Part shown: in pieces, positions 25,290 to 34,504 of the stretch
Layout of the letters: each line of letters opens with the position of its first letter
How positions within the stretch are numbered: the first letter of the stretch is position 1
Source of the DNA: a virus
Taxonomy: Duplodnaviria; Caudoviricetes
DNA: 40,615 nucleotides
Strand: one strand, 5' to 3'
IMG/VR virus record: IMGVR_UViG_3300014656_000051
Span: 1-40,615 of that record
Notes under the pieces: model-generated
What the model was told of the DNA's origin: nothing
Databases searched by the model: none
The model's input: the letters and a program-made list of their open reading frames with translations, nothing else
Position numbers and translations under genes: made by a program

Positions 25290-25673
25290 GTGGGCATCAT
25301 CTCGAGGATGCGGAAACAGAACGCTGTTTACTGGCCGCCTGCGGTGCCGGATGACTTCGGACGGCCGGGCTACGGTTCTCTCGTGGAACTGACCTTGGCA
25401 GATGATGTGAACAGCCGTGTTCGATGGGAGGACAAGGCCGAGCAATTCCTCGACGCCCAGGGCACCACCCAGATTTCGAACGCGGTGGTGTTTGTGCCGG
25501 TGCTCTTGGATGGCAGCGAGGTCGTGGTAGGTGGTTTCCTGTGGCTGGGTGACCGTGCCGACCTGACGGACGAGGCCGACCCGAGGAATAATGAGGGGGC
25601 CTTCGAAGTGCGGCGGGTTGACAAACTGCCGAACCTCAAGGCTACCGAGTTTTTGAGGACTGCATACCTATGA
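25290..25673 (+). CDS. Head closure/stopper protein
   Basis: GTG start; AVYW....DDFG.P...RWED; position. Confidence 0.65.
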   Translation: MGIISRMRKQNAVYWPPAVPDDFGRPGYGSLVELTLADDVNSRVRWEDKAEQFLDAQGTTQISNAVVFVPVLLDGSEVVVGGFLWLGDRADLTDEADPRNNEGAFEVRRVDKLPNLKATEFLRTAYL

Positions 25674-26017
25674 GCGTGCAAGGTGTGAAAGAGATTCAGC
25701 GGGCGTTGCAGGCCCACAAACGGGGGGCTGAGAAGGCCTTCCGTAGGAATCTGTATCGGGCTGGTCTTTTCCTCCAGCGCGAGAGCCAGAAGATCGTTCC
25801 TATTGACAAGAACATACTCCGCGCTTCGGCAAACACCAGACCGGAGGGAACCGGGTTTGATGTAGAGGTTGTCGTGAGCTACGGAACGGATTATGCTCTG
25901 TACGTTCACGAGAACCTTGAAGCCCGGCACAAGCCCGGCAGGTGTGCCAAGTTCCTAGAAAAACCACTCCGTGAGAAGCGAGACCGTATCAAAGCCATCG
26001 CGGGAGGGGCAGAATGA
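25670..26017 (+). CDS. Neck/tail completion protein (HK97 gp10-like)
   Basis: VPID...LRAS, YALYVHE, AKFLEKP. Confidence 0.75.
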   Translation: MSVQGVKEIQRALQAHKRGAEKAFRRNLYRAGLFLQRESQKIVPIDKNILRASANTRPEGTGFDVEVVVSYGTDYALYVHENLEARHKPGRCAKFLEKPLREKRDRIKAIAGGAE

Positions 26018-26460
26018 GCCACGACAACACACCGGCCGAAATACTCCGTGCCAGCCTCGTGGCCGGTGGTGTCGGAGTGCTGCGTTCGAAGAACTCGACC
26101 GGGGCCTGGCCTATTTTCGTCGGTCACATTCCGAGCGAGCCTGACGACGCGGTCTGTGTGTATGACACGGCCGGTATACGAGAGGGCAGGATGCAGGGTA
26201 CGGGTGAAAGCGTCGGAAAGCCAGGTTTTCAGGTCATGGTGCGCGGTGCAGACCACACTACGGCCTATGCCCGGATGAAGTTAGTGGCGTCTCACCTGGA
26301 CAGTCTGCTACGGGAAAGGGTTGCAATCGACGGGGATTCGTATACAATACAAGCGGTGAAACAGACAGGCACTATACTGGCCCTCGGACAGGAGCCTGAT
26401 GGACAAAGGCGGAATCTATTCACCTTGAACGGAACCATCACATACGTGCAGAATACGTAA
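26014..26460 (+). CDS. Tail terminator protein
   Basis: PDDAVCVYDT.G, PGFQVMVRG, LGQ...R..FTLN; precedes the tube gene. Confidence 0.72.
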   Translation: MSHDNTPAEILRASLVAGGVGVLRSKNSTGAWPIFVGHIPSEPDDAVCVYDTAGIREGRMQGTGESVGKPGFQVMVRGADHTTAYARMKLVASHLDSLLRERVAIDGDSYTIQAVKQTGTILALGQEPDGQRRNLFTLNGTITYVQNT

Positions 26461-26472
26461 AGGAGAAGTGTT

Positions 26473-26919
26473 ATGGCCCGATTGGATGACGGCTACCAGA
26501 CCCTGATCAGCTTTGCTGCTGACCCCACCGTTTTGTTCTACGAAAAAACGGTCACGCCTCCTGGTGTGGAAGGGGGTGGTGCTATCGAGACCACGCAGAT
26601 GGACAACACGGCATGGAGAACGTTTTCCCCGAAGAGCTTGCTGACGCTCACAAATGCTGGGATCACTGTGGCCTACGACCCGGCGTGCTACGACGAGATC
26701 ATCGCTCTGGTGAACGTCAACACGGTGATTACCATCACGTTCCCGGACGCCAGCACCCTCGCATTCAATGGCTACCTGGACAAGTTCACGCCGAACGTGT
26801 GTGCTGAGGGTGAACAGCCGACGGCGGAGATTGACGTCGTCTGCACCAATATCAATGCGGGCGGCACGGAAGAGGGCATCGACAACGCGGCTATTGGCTA
26901 CACAGCACCGCCAGTGTAA
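26473..26919 (+). CDS. Tail tube protein, copy 1
   Basis: TPPGVEGG.IETT...WRTF.PK.L...YDP...ITFPD...F.GYL..F.P; position. Confidence 0.75.
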   Translation: MARLDDGYQTLISFAADPTVLFYEKTVTPPGVEGGGAIETTQMDNTAWRTFSPKSLLTLTNAGITVAYDPACYDEIIALVNVNTVITITFPDASTLAFNGYLDKFTPNVCAEGEQPTAEIDVVCTNINAGGTEEGIDNAAIGYTAPPV

Positions 26920-26980
26920 AGGCGTGGCTACCTCCAGACGCAATGGAAGGTAGGATACTACTTGGAGAAGGAGCAACGAA

Positions 26981-27388
26981 ATGGCACGAATGGATGACGG
27001 TTATGCGACTACAATCAACGTTGGTGGCACGCTCTTCTATGAGAAAGTGGTTACGCCCCCTGGTGTGGACGGTGGCGGTCCGATTGACATCACGTTGATG
27101 GCGAACACCAAGTGGCGGACGTTTGCGGCCAAGGCGCTGATGACGCTAGCAAACGCTTCGGCGACCGTGGCCTACGACCCGGCGTGCTACGACGAGATCA
27201 TCGACCTCGTGAACGTGAACGGTTCCATCGTTGTAACGTTCCCGGATACACACACGCTGACATTCTACGGTTGGTTGAACTCGTTCATCCCGAACGAGTG
27301 CGCCGAGGGCGGGGTGCCGACGGCGGAGATCGAGATCATAGCGAGCAACCAGAACGCTGGTGTAGAGACGGCCCCGGTCTATGCGTAG
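26981..27388 (+). CDS. Tail tube protein, copy 2 (paralog)
   Basis: Co-linear with copy 1; own AAGGAG RBS. Confidence 0.75.
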   Translation: MARMDDGYATTINVGGTLFYEKVVTPPGVDGGGPIDITLMANTKWRTFAAKALMTLANASATVAYDPACYDEIIDLVNVNGSIVVTFPDTHTLTFYGWLNSFIPNECAEGGVPTAEIEIIASNQNAGVETAPVYA

Positions 27389-27507
27389 AAATCGGCCACG
27401 GTTGCCCACTACAGCAAAACTACAGGCCCTCCCGTGTATAGGGGCCAGGTAGCCCAACAAACGCGACAGGGGCTATTGTGGCCCCTTGGAGAAAAGGAGA
27501 CCAAACA

Positions 27508-27870
27508 ATGAGTACGACAAAATCACTGGAATTCGTATTGGAGTTTCAAGAGCGCCCCGTGACTATCGGGAGCGAGCGGTACCTGCTCGTCGAACTTGAT
27601 GGGAAGGGCCGTGACACGTACTTGAACAACCTGGGCGGGCGAATGCGCCACGGCCCGGACGGCAAGCCAAGTGGGGTAAAGGACTTCGAAGGTCTTCAGG
27701 CATTCCTCGTCGCTGCCTGTCTCAGAAAGATAGAAGCAGACGGCGAGCTGAGAGCCGTAAGCGGTGAGACCATCCAGGCCTGGCCTGCGAAAGTTGTCAG
27801 TGGCCTGTTCGACGCGGCGAAGGAACTTTCCGCCCTCGATGAAGAAGAGGAAGAGGGAAAAAACGACTAA
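27508..27870 (+). CDS. Tail assembly chaperone (gpG-like)
   Basis: Between tube and tape measure; ends in EGKND with a slippery site; AAGGAG RBS. Confidence 0.78.
   Translation: MSTTKSLEFVLEFQERPVTIGSERYLLVELDGKGRDTYLNNLGGRMRHGPDGKPSGVKDFEGLQAFLVAACLRKIEADGELRAVSGETIQAWPAKVVSGLFDAAKELSALDEEEEEGKND
27855..27861 (+). other. -1 programmed frameshift site G GGA AAA
   Basis: XXXYYYZ heptamer in the correct phase; the -1 frame reads KRLTGERLIWFELADRLGMSV... into ORF 27915-28226. Confidence 0.8.
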
Positions 27871-28226
27871 CGGGCGAGCGGCTGATTTGGTTTGAACTTG
27901 CCGACCGCCTTGGAATGAGTGTGCAGCGATGTATGAGCGAGACAACCTCCCGCGAGTTCGTAGAGTGGCAGGAGTATCTCGACCTGGACCGGGACACACC
28001 ACAGCGCGAAGATTATTATCTAGCGCAGATAGCGGCGGAGGTTCGTCGTGGGATGGTGAAGGCCCCTGCGAGAGTCCACCTCAAACACTTTCTTCTCAAG
28101 TTCTCAAGGAAAGACGAGGAAGAAAAACCCCTCACGGAGGACCAGATAAAACGGCGGGCGGCTAATAGCAAGGCGCGTTGGTCGGCGCTCCTGCGCTTTA
28201 AATCCAAACAGCAAAGGACTAATTGA
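27855..28226 (+). CDS. gpT-like frameshift extension of the tail chaperone
   Basis: LA..LGMSV......SREFVEW..Y pattern; open in the -1 frame. Confidence 0.75.
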   Translation, partial: GKKRLTGERLIWFELADRLGMSVQRCMSETTSREFVEWQEYLDLDRDTPQREDYYLAQIAAEVRRGMVKAPARVHLKHFLLKFSRKDEEEKPLTEDQIKRRAANSKARWSALLRFKSKQQRTN

Positions 28227-31200
28227 TGGCCGGGACAGCGACAGAGCTTGAGCGCCTGGTTGTGCGTTTGGTTGGGGAAGGCTCTGGCTACGATAAAGTC
28301 CTCAAGGACGCTGTTGTCAAGACCGAAAAGGCTGCCAAGAGCATTGGAGCCCTCACCGAGAAGGAGATGGCTGCCCATAATAGGGCTATGCAAGAGGCTG
28401 CCCGGATTACCGAGGCCGTCGCCACCCCGACCCAGCGCTACGCCAAAGAGCTTGAAACCCTCGAACACCTCTACAAGGAAGGCCACATCAGCCAGGAGAC
28501 CTATAACCGGGCGCTCAAGCAAACTACGGCCGCTCTCCCGAGTGTTCAGAAGGCCCAGGCTGCCCACAACGAAGAGCTTCGCAAGGCAAAAGCCATCACG
28601 GATAATGCCAGGACCCCTACAGAGCAATATCGCCAGAAGCTCGCCGAGGTCGAACGGTTGTACCGGAAAGGTTTGCTCTCCGGGACCACATATCACCGTA
28701 CCCTTCAGAGCCTCAACAAGGAGTTTACGAAAGGCAGCTTCGCCGTAGGGGCCTTCGGAAAGAAACTGACATCTGCTGGCCGGTCTATGCGCATGTTCGG
28801 CATGATGGCGACGGCGGCTGTTACCCTCCCGGTGGTGGGGATGATAGCCGCATACGGTAAGTTCGACAGCGAAATGACGAAGTCGACTGCCATCATGGGA
28901 CACATGACGGCCGGTCTTCGAAAAGGGATGGAGGAGACTGCAGAAAGCATCTCCCGCAATTCTGTAACCGCTGCGACGGAGCTGGCTAAGGCGTACTTTT
29001 ACCTGGCATCGGCCGGTATGGATGCACAGCAGTCGATAGCGGCTTTACCGGTCGTCGAAAAGTTTGCGGTGGCCGGTGCGTTCGATATGGCACAGGCCAC
29101 GGACCTGCTGACAGACGCTCAGTCTGCTCTGGGCCTCTCGTCGAAAGATGCCCAGCAAAACATGGCCGGTATGCTCAAGGTGTCTGACGCACTCGTAAAG
29201 GCCAATACATTGGCCAATGCCACGGTCGAACAGTTCAGTTCTGCCCTAACAAACGAGGCCGGTGCCGCTATCAAGCAGTTTAACCTGGGCCTGGAAGAGG
29301 GGGTGGCTATCCTAGCCACCTATGCCGACCAGGGACTAAAGGCCAATTCAGCGGGTTCGATGTTTGCTCGTATGATCCGGTTGCTTGTCAAGAGCATCAA
29401 GGACAATCAAGAGGTATTCGACAGGCTGAATATCAACACAGAGGAGTTCGCCACTACCGGTAAAAACGTGACCGAGGTTATCAGAGGAATTACCGAAGCC
29501 ACAGCGGGTATGGGCCCTGTCCAAAAGGCAGCTACCCTAGAGATGTTGGGGTTCGAAGCACGTATCCAACAAGCCATCCTGCCGTTGTTGGGATTGACTG
29601 ATAAGATTAGGGGGTATGAGCAAGAGCTGATGAAAGCCGGGGGCATTACACAAGACGTTGCGGACAAACAACTGGCTTCGTTCTCCTCGCAGATGAAGAT
29701 ATTGTGGAACCAGATCAAGGGAGTCGGGCGAGAGATTGGGTCCTATCTAGCCCCACACGTGAAGACCCTGGGCAAGGCAGTTTCTTCTAGCCTGGAATGG
29801 TGGCGCGGACTCAATGAGCAGACCAGGGAAGCGGTCGCATTGATGACTGGTCTTGCGGCCATCGTAGGCCCGCTCACGTTTGGGATAGGTGGCCTGACAA
29901 TCGCAGTAGGTGCGCTGACTACCGCTTTTGGTGCGCTTGGTATGGCTGGCTTCGCGTCGATTCTTGCAGTTTCTAAGTGGCTTGTTGTACTCGGCGTCTT
30001 CGCGGGTGCCACGGCCCTAGCTACTGAGGCGCTCTTCAAGGTGAAGGGTGGTTTCCTCGACTTCGTGAATTCTGTTCGAGTAGACGGGATGACGATAGGG
30101 ACACGGATGAGGATTCTTACGTCCTACATCTGGGAGCTGTGGGATACGTGTGTGTCAAAACTCAAGATCGCGTGGGACAGTTTTGCGTATAGCGCAGAGG
30201 AAGCCTGTGCCAAGGTCTACCGTGCCACCCTCCGCATGGCTAAGGGGGTTGCTTATACCGCTTCCTTGTTGCCCGGTGTCGGGAAGGAAAACGTCGAGTT
30301 CTACCAGAACCTTATCGACGAAAGTCTTGATAAGTCCGAGAAGCGGTGGAAAGAGTACCATGACGAAGTGGAGCGCCTGGAACGCGAGGGTGCGAAGAAC
30401 GCGGAAAATTGGGCGAAGGTGCGTCACCAGAACTTCGTCGACGACATGAAGGCCGCTCAAGAAGATGCTGTTGCAACGTTACATGAGCTCGCCGCTGCGG
30501 ACTTGGAGGAGATTTCTTCGGGATATGACGCTGCGGCTGCGGCCGCGACTGCGAAAGAGTGGGAAAAAGTCAATGCCGACATGGAAGCGCTGCTCGAAGA
30601 GGAGAAGCGGCTTGAAGGGGCCGCCAAGTCCCTCACCGAGGAAATGCGGACGCCCCTAGAGATCTTCGAGGACCAGGTCGCGAAGCTTAACGAGTTATGG
30701 GATGCTGGATTGATTGGGGTTGAGACGTACAACCGGGCCATCATGCAATACCGTAACCAGCTCGAACAAACGTTCAATAAGCTAGGGGAGCTACCGGACA
30801 GCGAGAAGGACGCGTGGAACACAAACCGGCTTGACAAGTACAACAAAGGGCTTCGTGATCAGTTTCGCCTGCTCAAGAAGCTGACGGGCAAAGCACAGAC
30901 CGGCAAGATGCAGTTCATGGCGTTCGGTGCGCCGAAACCGAAGGCCAGTCACAATATCTGGGACCTGAGCAAATTGACACCGCCCGGCGCGCCGACGTTT
31001 GGTGTACCAAGCTTCGGTGTGCCTACACTGCCCCACCCAGGTGGCGAGGAAATGTTGGGCGGCTTCGTTCAGCGGATGCAGGTCATGTTAGGGCGCATTG
31101 CACGCGGGCCGTCAATGCGGGAGCAAGAGCTTCTGTCCGGGCGGCTTGGCAGAATGGGCGACACATATGGCGAGGAAGGTTTGGCTGGTTCCCTCCATCG

Positions 31201-31390
31201 TGGTGGTGTCCGTTGGGATGCACAGCGTGGTCTACCGCGTTTCACAGGTGCCCCGGAGAACCAGTGGCGAGATGACAATGTTCAATGGGGGACTAACGTG
31301 AAACGCCCGGACGACTGGAACGAGGCAATCCAGTACCTGCGTCAGATAGCTCAGAACACGGGCCACGGCACGCCCGCATTGGCGGTATGA
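28226..31390 (+). CDS. Tape measure protein (TP901-like core)
   Basis: About 1055 aa, Ala-rich helical; ELAKAYFYLASAG, LPVVEKFA.AG..D...ATD, ANTLANATVEQ. Confidence 0.9.
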   Translation: MAGTATELERLVVRLVGEGSGYDKVLKDAVVKTEKAAKSIGALTEKEMAAHNRAMQEAARITEAVATPTQRYAKELETLEHLYKEGHISQETYNRALKQTTAALPSVQKAQAAHNEELRKAKAITDNARTPTEQYRQKLAEVERLYRKGLLSGTTYHRTLQSLNKEFTKGSFAVGAFGKKLTSAGRSMRMFGMMATAAVTLPVVGMIAAYGKFDSEMTKSTAIMGHMTAGLRKGMEETAESISRNSVTAATELAKAYFYLASAGMDAQQSIAALPVVEKFAVAGAFDMAQATDLLTDAQSALGLSSKDAQQNMAGMLKVSDALVKANTLANATVEQFSSALTNEAGAAIKQFNLGLEEGVAILATYADQGLKANSAGSMFARMIRLLVKSIKDNQEVFDRLNINTEEFATTGKNVTEVIRGITEATAGMGPVQKAATLEMLGFEARIQQAILPLLGLTDKIRGYEQELMKAGGITQDVADKQLASFSSQMKILWNQIKGVGREIGSYLAPHVKTLGKAVSSSLEWWRGLNEQTREAVALMTGLAAIVGPLTFGIGGLTIAVGALTTAFGALGMAGFASILAVSKWLVVLGVFAGATALATEALFKVKGGFLDFVNSVRVDGMTIGTRMRILTSYIWELWDTCVSKLKIAWDSFAYSAEEACAKVYRATLRMAKGVAYTASLLPGVGKENVEFYQNLIDESLDKSEKRWKEYHDEVERLEREGAKNAENWAKVRHQNFVDDMKAAQEDAVATLHELAAADLEEISSGYDAAAAAATAKEWEKVNADMEALLEEEKRLEGAAKSLTEEMRTPLEIFEDQVAKLNELWDAGLIGVETYNRAIMQYRNQLEQTFNKLGELPDSEKDAWNTNRLDKYNKGLRDQFRLLKKLTGKAQTGKMQFMAFGAPKPKASHNIWDLSKLTPPGAPTFGVPSFGVPTLPHPGGEEMLGGFVQRMQVMLGRIARGPSMREQELLSGRLGRMGDTYGEEGLAGSLHRGGVRWDAQRGLPRFTGAPENQWRDDNVQWGTNVKRPDDWNEAIQYLRQIAQNTGHGTPALAV

Positions 31391-31391
31391 G

Positions 31392-32228
31392 ATGGCTGCA
31401 AGCGTTCATGTAGATCCAACTGGCTTCGGCGATATGGAAGCTACCTCGCGTGCCGGGGCGCTAAACTATCTCAAGCGCTACCTGCTGGTCGAGGGCCTTG
31501 AGCAAACAGACCAGGACAAGATAACCGAGGTGTTGAATGCTATTGACGCTGCTGGATACTCTGCCTGGCATTCGTACACTCCAAGCACCTCGGCGTTGAA
31601 TAACCTGGTCTGCGCCTCGCAACACATCCGCATCATGGCCAGTGAGGGGAAACCGACGAGCGCGCTTGTGACGTTAGAGTATTCCGCGCGTGGTGAGGCG
31701 GATGTGGACCGCTTGATCAGCGTCGACGGTTCGCTAAGACAGATTACGTCGCAAAAGGACGGGAACGGCCTGGACCTTTCCGTATCATATACGTTCCCCG
31801 AGGGGTATCCCTATAATCCAGCGCTTGCCGGTCGCACGCATACGCAAGGCGCGGAAATCAACGTCTTATTCCCCAATATGGTTATCCGTGGTGTTCGGTA
31901 TCTACAGCGGACAAACCCACTGATAACTATAGCCAGATGTCTTGATTGCGTGAACTCGAAGACGTGGCTTGGTGCGGCTCCTGGAACGGTGCTTTGCACG
32001 AACGTCCAGGCTCGGATGCATGACTACCACACCAGCCCACGCACCTGGAAGTTCGTGTTCGAGTTCTTGTACGATGGAAGCGAAGGCGGTCACCAGCCCG
32101 ACGTGGTGTTCCGTGACCCCAACACCGGTCTTCCGCCCGATGACCTCATCCCGGGCGTCGGTTACTATACGGCGACGTGGTATCCTTCCGTTGATTTTGG
32201 CCAAGAAAGCATGTTTCCCAGTGTGTAG
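31392..32228 (+). CDS. Tail tip/distal tail protein
   Basis: Directly follows the tape measure; VNSKTWLG..PGTVLC motif. Confidence 0.6.
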   Translation: MAASVHVDPTGFGDMEATSRAGALNYLKRYLLVEGLEQTDQDKITEVLNAIDAAGYSAWHSYTPSTSALNNLVCASQHIRIMASEGKPTSALVTLEYSARGEADVDRLISVDGSLRQITSQKDGNGLDLSVSYTFPEGYPYNPALAGRTHTQGAEINVLFPNMVIRGVRYLQRTNPLITIARCLDCVNSKTWLGAAPGTVLCTNVQARMHDYHTSPRTWKFVFEFLYDGSEGGHQPDVVFRDPNTGLPPDDLIPGVGYYTATWYPSVDFGQESMFPSV

Positions 32229-32241
32229 GAGATGACCGGCT

Positions 32242-32796
32242 ATGCCAGGCATAGGAGAAATGCGAGGCATTCAACCTGGTCAGCCGATACCCGCTGCGTG
32301 GCTCAATCAGATTGTTCGTAGAGTGCTTCGCAGTATATCCGGGGGTCGGGGGATCCGCGTTGACCCTATGGAGGGTCGCCTTGTCATCACGAACACGCTG
32401 ATGCCAGCTCACCGGCCCATATCAACGGGCTTTGTGCAGGTTGTCAGCGTTTCCAATGATTACTTGACGTGCGTGTGGGTTGACCCGCCGACGAGCACGA
32501 CGGGGGATACGGTGTATGTGGCGAAACCGTTTGCACTGATGGTGTCTCCGTTCGATGGTGAGACCGTTCTTTATAACAACGGACAAAGTGTTTCCTATTC
32601 CTATGTGACCGAGCGTCAGCGCGGAGCAACATCGGGCGCGCACGAGGAAATACAAAGCGTAACGCCCGACTACTTCGTCGGTGAAGAGTTGCGTGTGGTT
32701 TCTGGGGAAACCGGAGCGCTTGACTTTTATGGGGCCTGGCTCGTGTGGCAGGATCTTAACACGGCGGGCCGTCACTGGGCGGCGGAGCCTACCTAA
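32242..32796 (+). CDS. Tail protein
   Basis: PGQPIPAAWLNQI, VAKP..L, WQDLNTAGRHW; AGGAG RBS. Confidence 0.6.
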   Translation: MPGIGEMRGIQPGQPIPAAWLNQIVRRVLRSISGGRGIRVDPMEGRLVITNTLMPAHRPISTGFVQVVSVSNDYLTCVWVDPPTSTTGDTVYVAKPFALMVSPFDGETVLYNNGQSVSYSYVTERQRGATSGAHEEIQSVTPDYFVGEELRVVSGETGALDFYGAWLVWQDLNTAGRHWAAEPT

Positions 32797-33971
32797 TGAG
32801 CACATTAACACAGGCACCGAGCAGAGGACACACTATATCTGGCACGACTCAGGGGTATATCCGTTCATCATGCCAGGCGCGAGATGGTGGTGTAGGAGCT
32901 GGTCCTGGTCCTGCTCCACCGGCAAATATCTGGAAGTTAAACAGTAGTGGGGTGGTGCAATGGGACCAGATTACCTCAGGTGCACCTTCACTACCCCCTA
33001 ACCCGTTTGCACGAATCGTTGTCAACGACACATATATGTACTGTATTGGAATGGGGGCACATTACTGGAACCCAGCAGCCAGATGTGTTATCAAACGATT
33101 TGATGCAGCAACTGGCGAATTAAATATGTCTGGTCCTCCAATAATCAGGACGGTGCAGTGGAATCTACAAATGGATTATTATGGCAACGTGTACAACAGT
33201 GAGAGTTGTGCTAGCTATACTGATGGACGTGTACAGAAACGAGATGCTGATCTACAGTTGCTTTGGACGGCGGAGCACGAGAATGGGGCTCAAATCAAAC
33301 AACGACGGGGGATACATATCCCACGAGACGTTTCCTCCGACTCTATTCTTTGTAACGGACCCGCTGACATAGAAGCTCCAGATGGATATTACCTCCACTT
33401 GGTAAACACCACATCTGGAGTTGTGACACATAAATCTACAGCACCATATGGTTACTGGATTACTGCTTACGAACACTGTAAGTATAACGGGGGTTCGTAC
33501 ATGGTACATAGCTTTATGGGGCGTGAGGTTGTTCTACCGCCTACAGACCCCTGGCCCGAGGTGTGGCGTTGGGGCGGGATTCCTCAATATCCCGGTCTAT
33601 ACGAAAAGAGGTATTTCCTCGATGGTGTTCTGTATTGTTATCACAGGGAAAATCTCGTTGGTGATTGGCAATGGGGTCCGGTAACCATTGAGACAGGGAT
33701 TGGGCAAAAGATTTTCTTACCGGAGACCGGTGTTCCATACCCATCGTCATCCTATTTGTGGTACTCGATGACAGAGGACGGTGTGTGGAAAATTAAACAG
33801 TACACAAACGCGACAAATCCCGAACTGCGGTGGACTTGGACTGGTGGGACACACTATTATTATCCAGACCAGGCCGCTGGTTCGTATTATGTAGAATGTG
33901 ATGCTGCCAACAATCTCTACATCATAGGACAGCCGAGCAACACTTGGGCAGCCGAGGCGGAGACCCCCTAA
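32796..33971 (+). CDS. Aromatic-rich, beta-propeller-like tail/receptor-binding candidate
   Basis: TAATG coupling; WKLNSSGVVQW, DYYGNVY, DAANNLYIIG; visibly more AT-rich than its neighbours. Confidence 0.55.
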   Translation: MSTLTQAPSRGHTISGTTQGYIRSSCQARDGGVGAGPGPAPPANIWKLNSSGVVQWDQITSGAPSLPPNPFARIVVNDTYMYCIGMGAHYWNPAARCVIKRFDAATGELNMSGPPIIRTVQWNLQMDYYGNVYNSESCASYTDGRVQKRDADLQLLWTAEHENGAQIKQRRGIHIPRDVSSDSILCNGPADIEAPDGYYLHLVNTTSGVVTHKSTAPYGYWITAYEHCKYNGGSYMVHSFMGREVVLPPTDPWPEVWRWGGIPQYPGLYEKRYFLDGVLYCYHRENLVGDWQWGPVTIETGIGQKIFLPETGVPYPSSSYLWYSMTEDGVWKIKQYTNATNPELRWTWTGGTHYYYPDQAAGSYYVECDAANNLYIIGQPSNTWAAEAETP

Positions 33972-34504
33972 TGCCCATCACGGTCACATCGATAGAGCGC
34001 ATCGCTGACGGATGCTTCGAATTCACGGTCGACCCGTCCACCTATTACGACGTGTGGCTCCAGGGCGAGAAGCTGGCTTCACACGTCGCATCGACCACGA
34101 CAACGTACACCTACGACGGGTGGACAGACGACGAAGAACCGCCGCCCCTTGAGTTCGTGGATTACCAGGGCACCCCCGACAGCAAGACATACAGCCCGCG
34201 CGGGATCTTGCAGTGGTGGGGCGAATCGACCGCGGCCTACTACTCCGTAGAGCAATACGTGGACTCCGCGTGGACCGAGCGGACGCAGATCCCCGAAGAC
34301 GGCCAGGGATATTACCAATACGAAACGGACGCACAGACGGACGGTAGCACGGCTCAGTACCGCGTGACGCCCTATGACTCCGAAGGCTACGCGGGCGAGC
34401 CGCTGGCGTTCACGATCTCCATCGTGTGCTATCCCGCGCCGCCCGCGATCAACGTGACTTATGACGCCGTAGACGGCGAGCTTGACGTGACAGAAAGAAC
34501 GTAA
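33971..34504 (+). CDS. Tail protein with FN3-like domain
   Basis: LQW......YSVEQY...W.....Y.YRVTPYD..G. Confidence 0.55.
   Translation: MPITVTSIERIADGCFEFTVDPSTYYDVWLQGEKLASHVASTTTTYTYDGWTDDEEPPPLEFVDYQGTPDSKTYSPRGILQWWGESTAAYYSVEQYVDSAWTERTQIPEDGQGYYQYETDAQTDGSTAQYRVTPYDSEGYAGEPLAFTISIVCYPAPPAINVTYDAVDGELDVTERT

Noticed and set aside
27855-27861. -1 frameshift as a novelty
   Set aside because: Standard G/GT tail chaperone mechanism in long-tailed phages.
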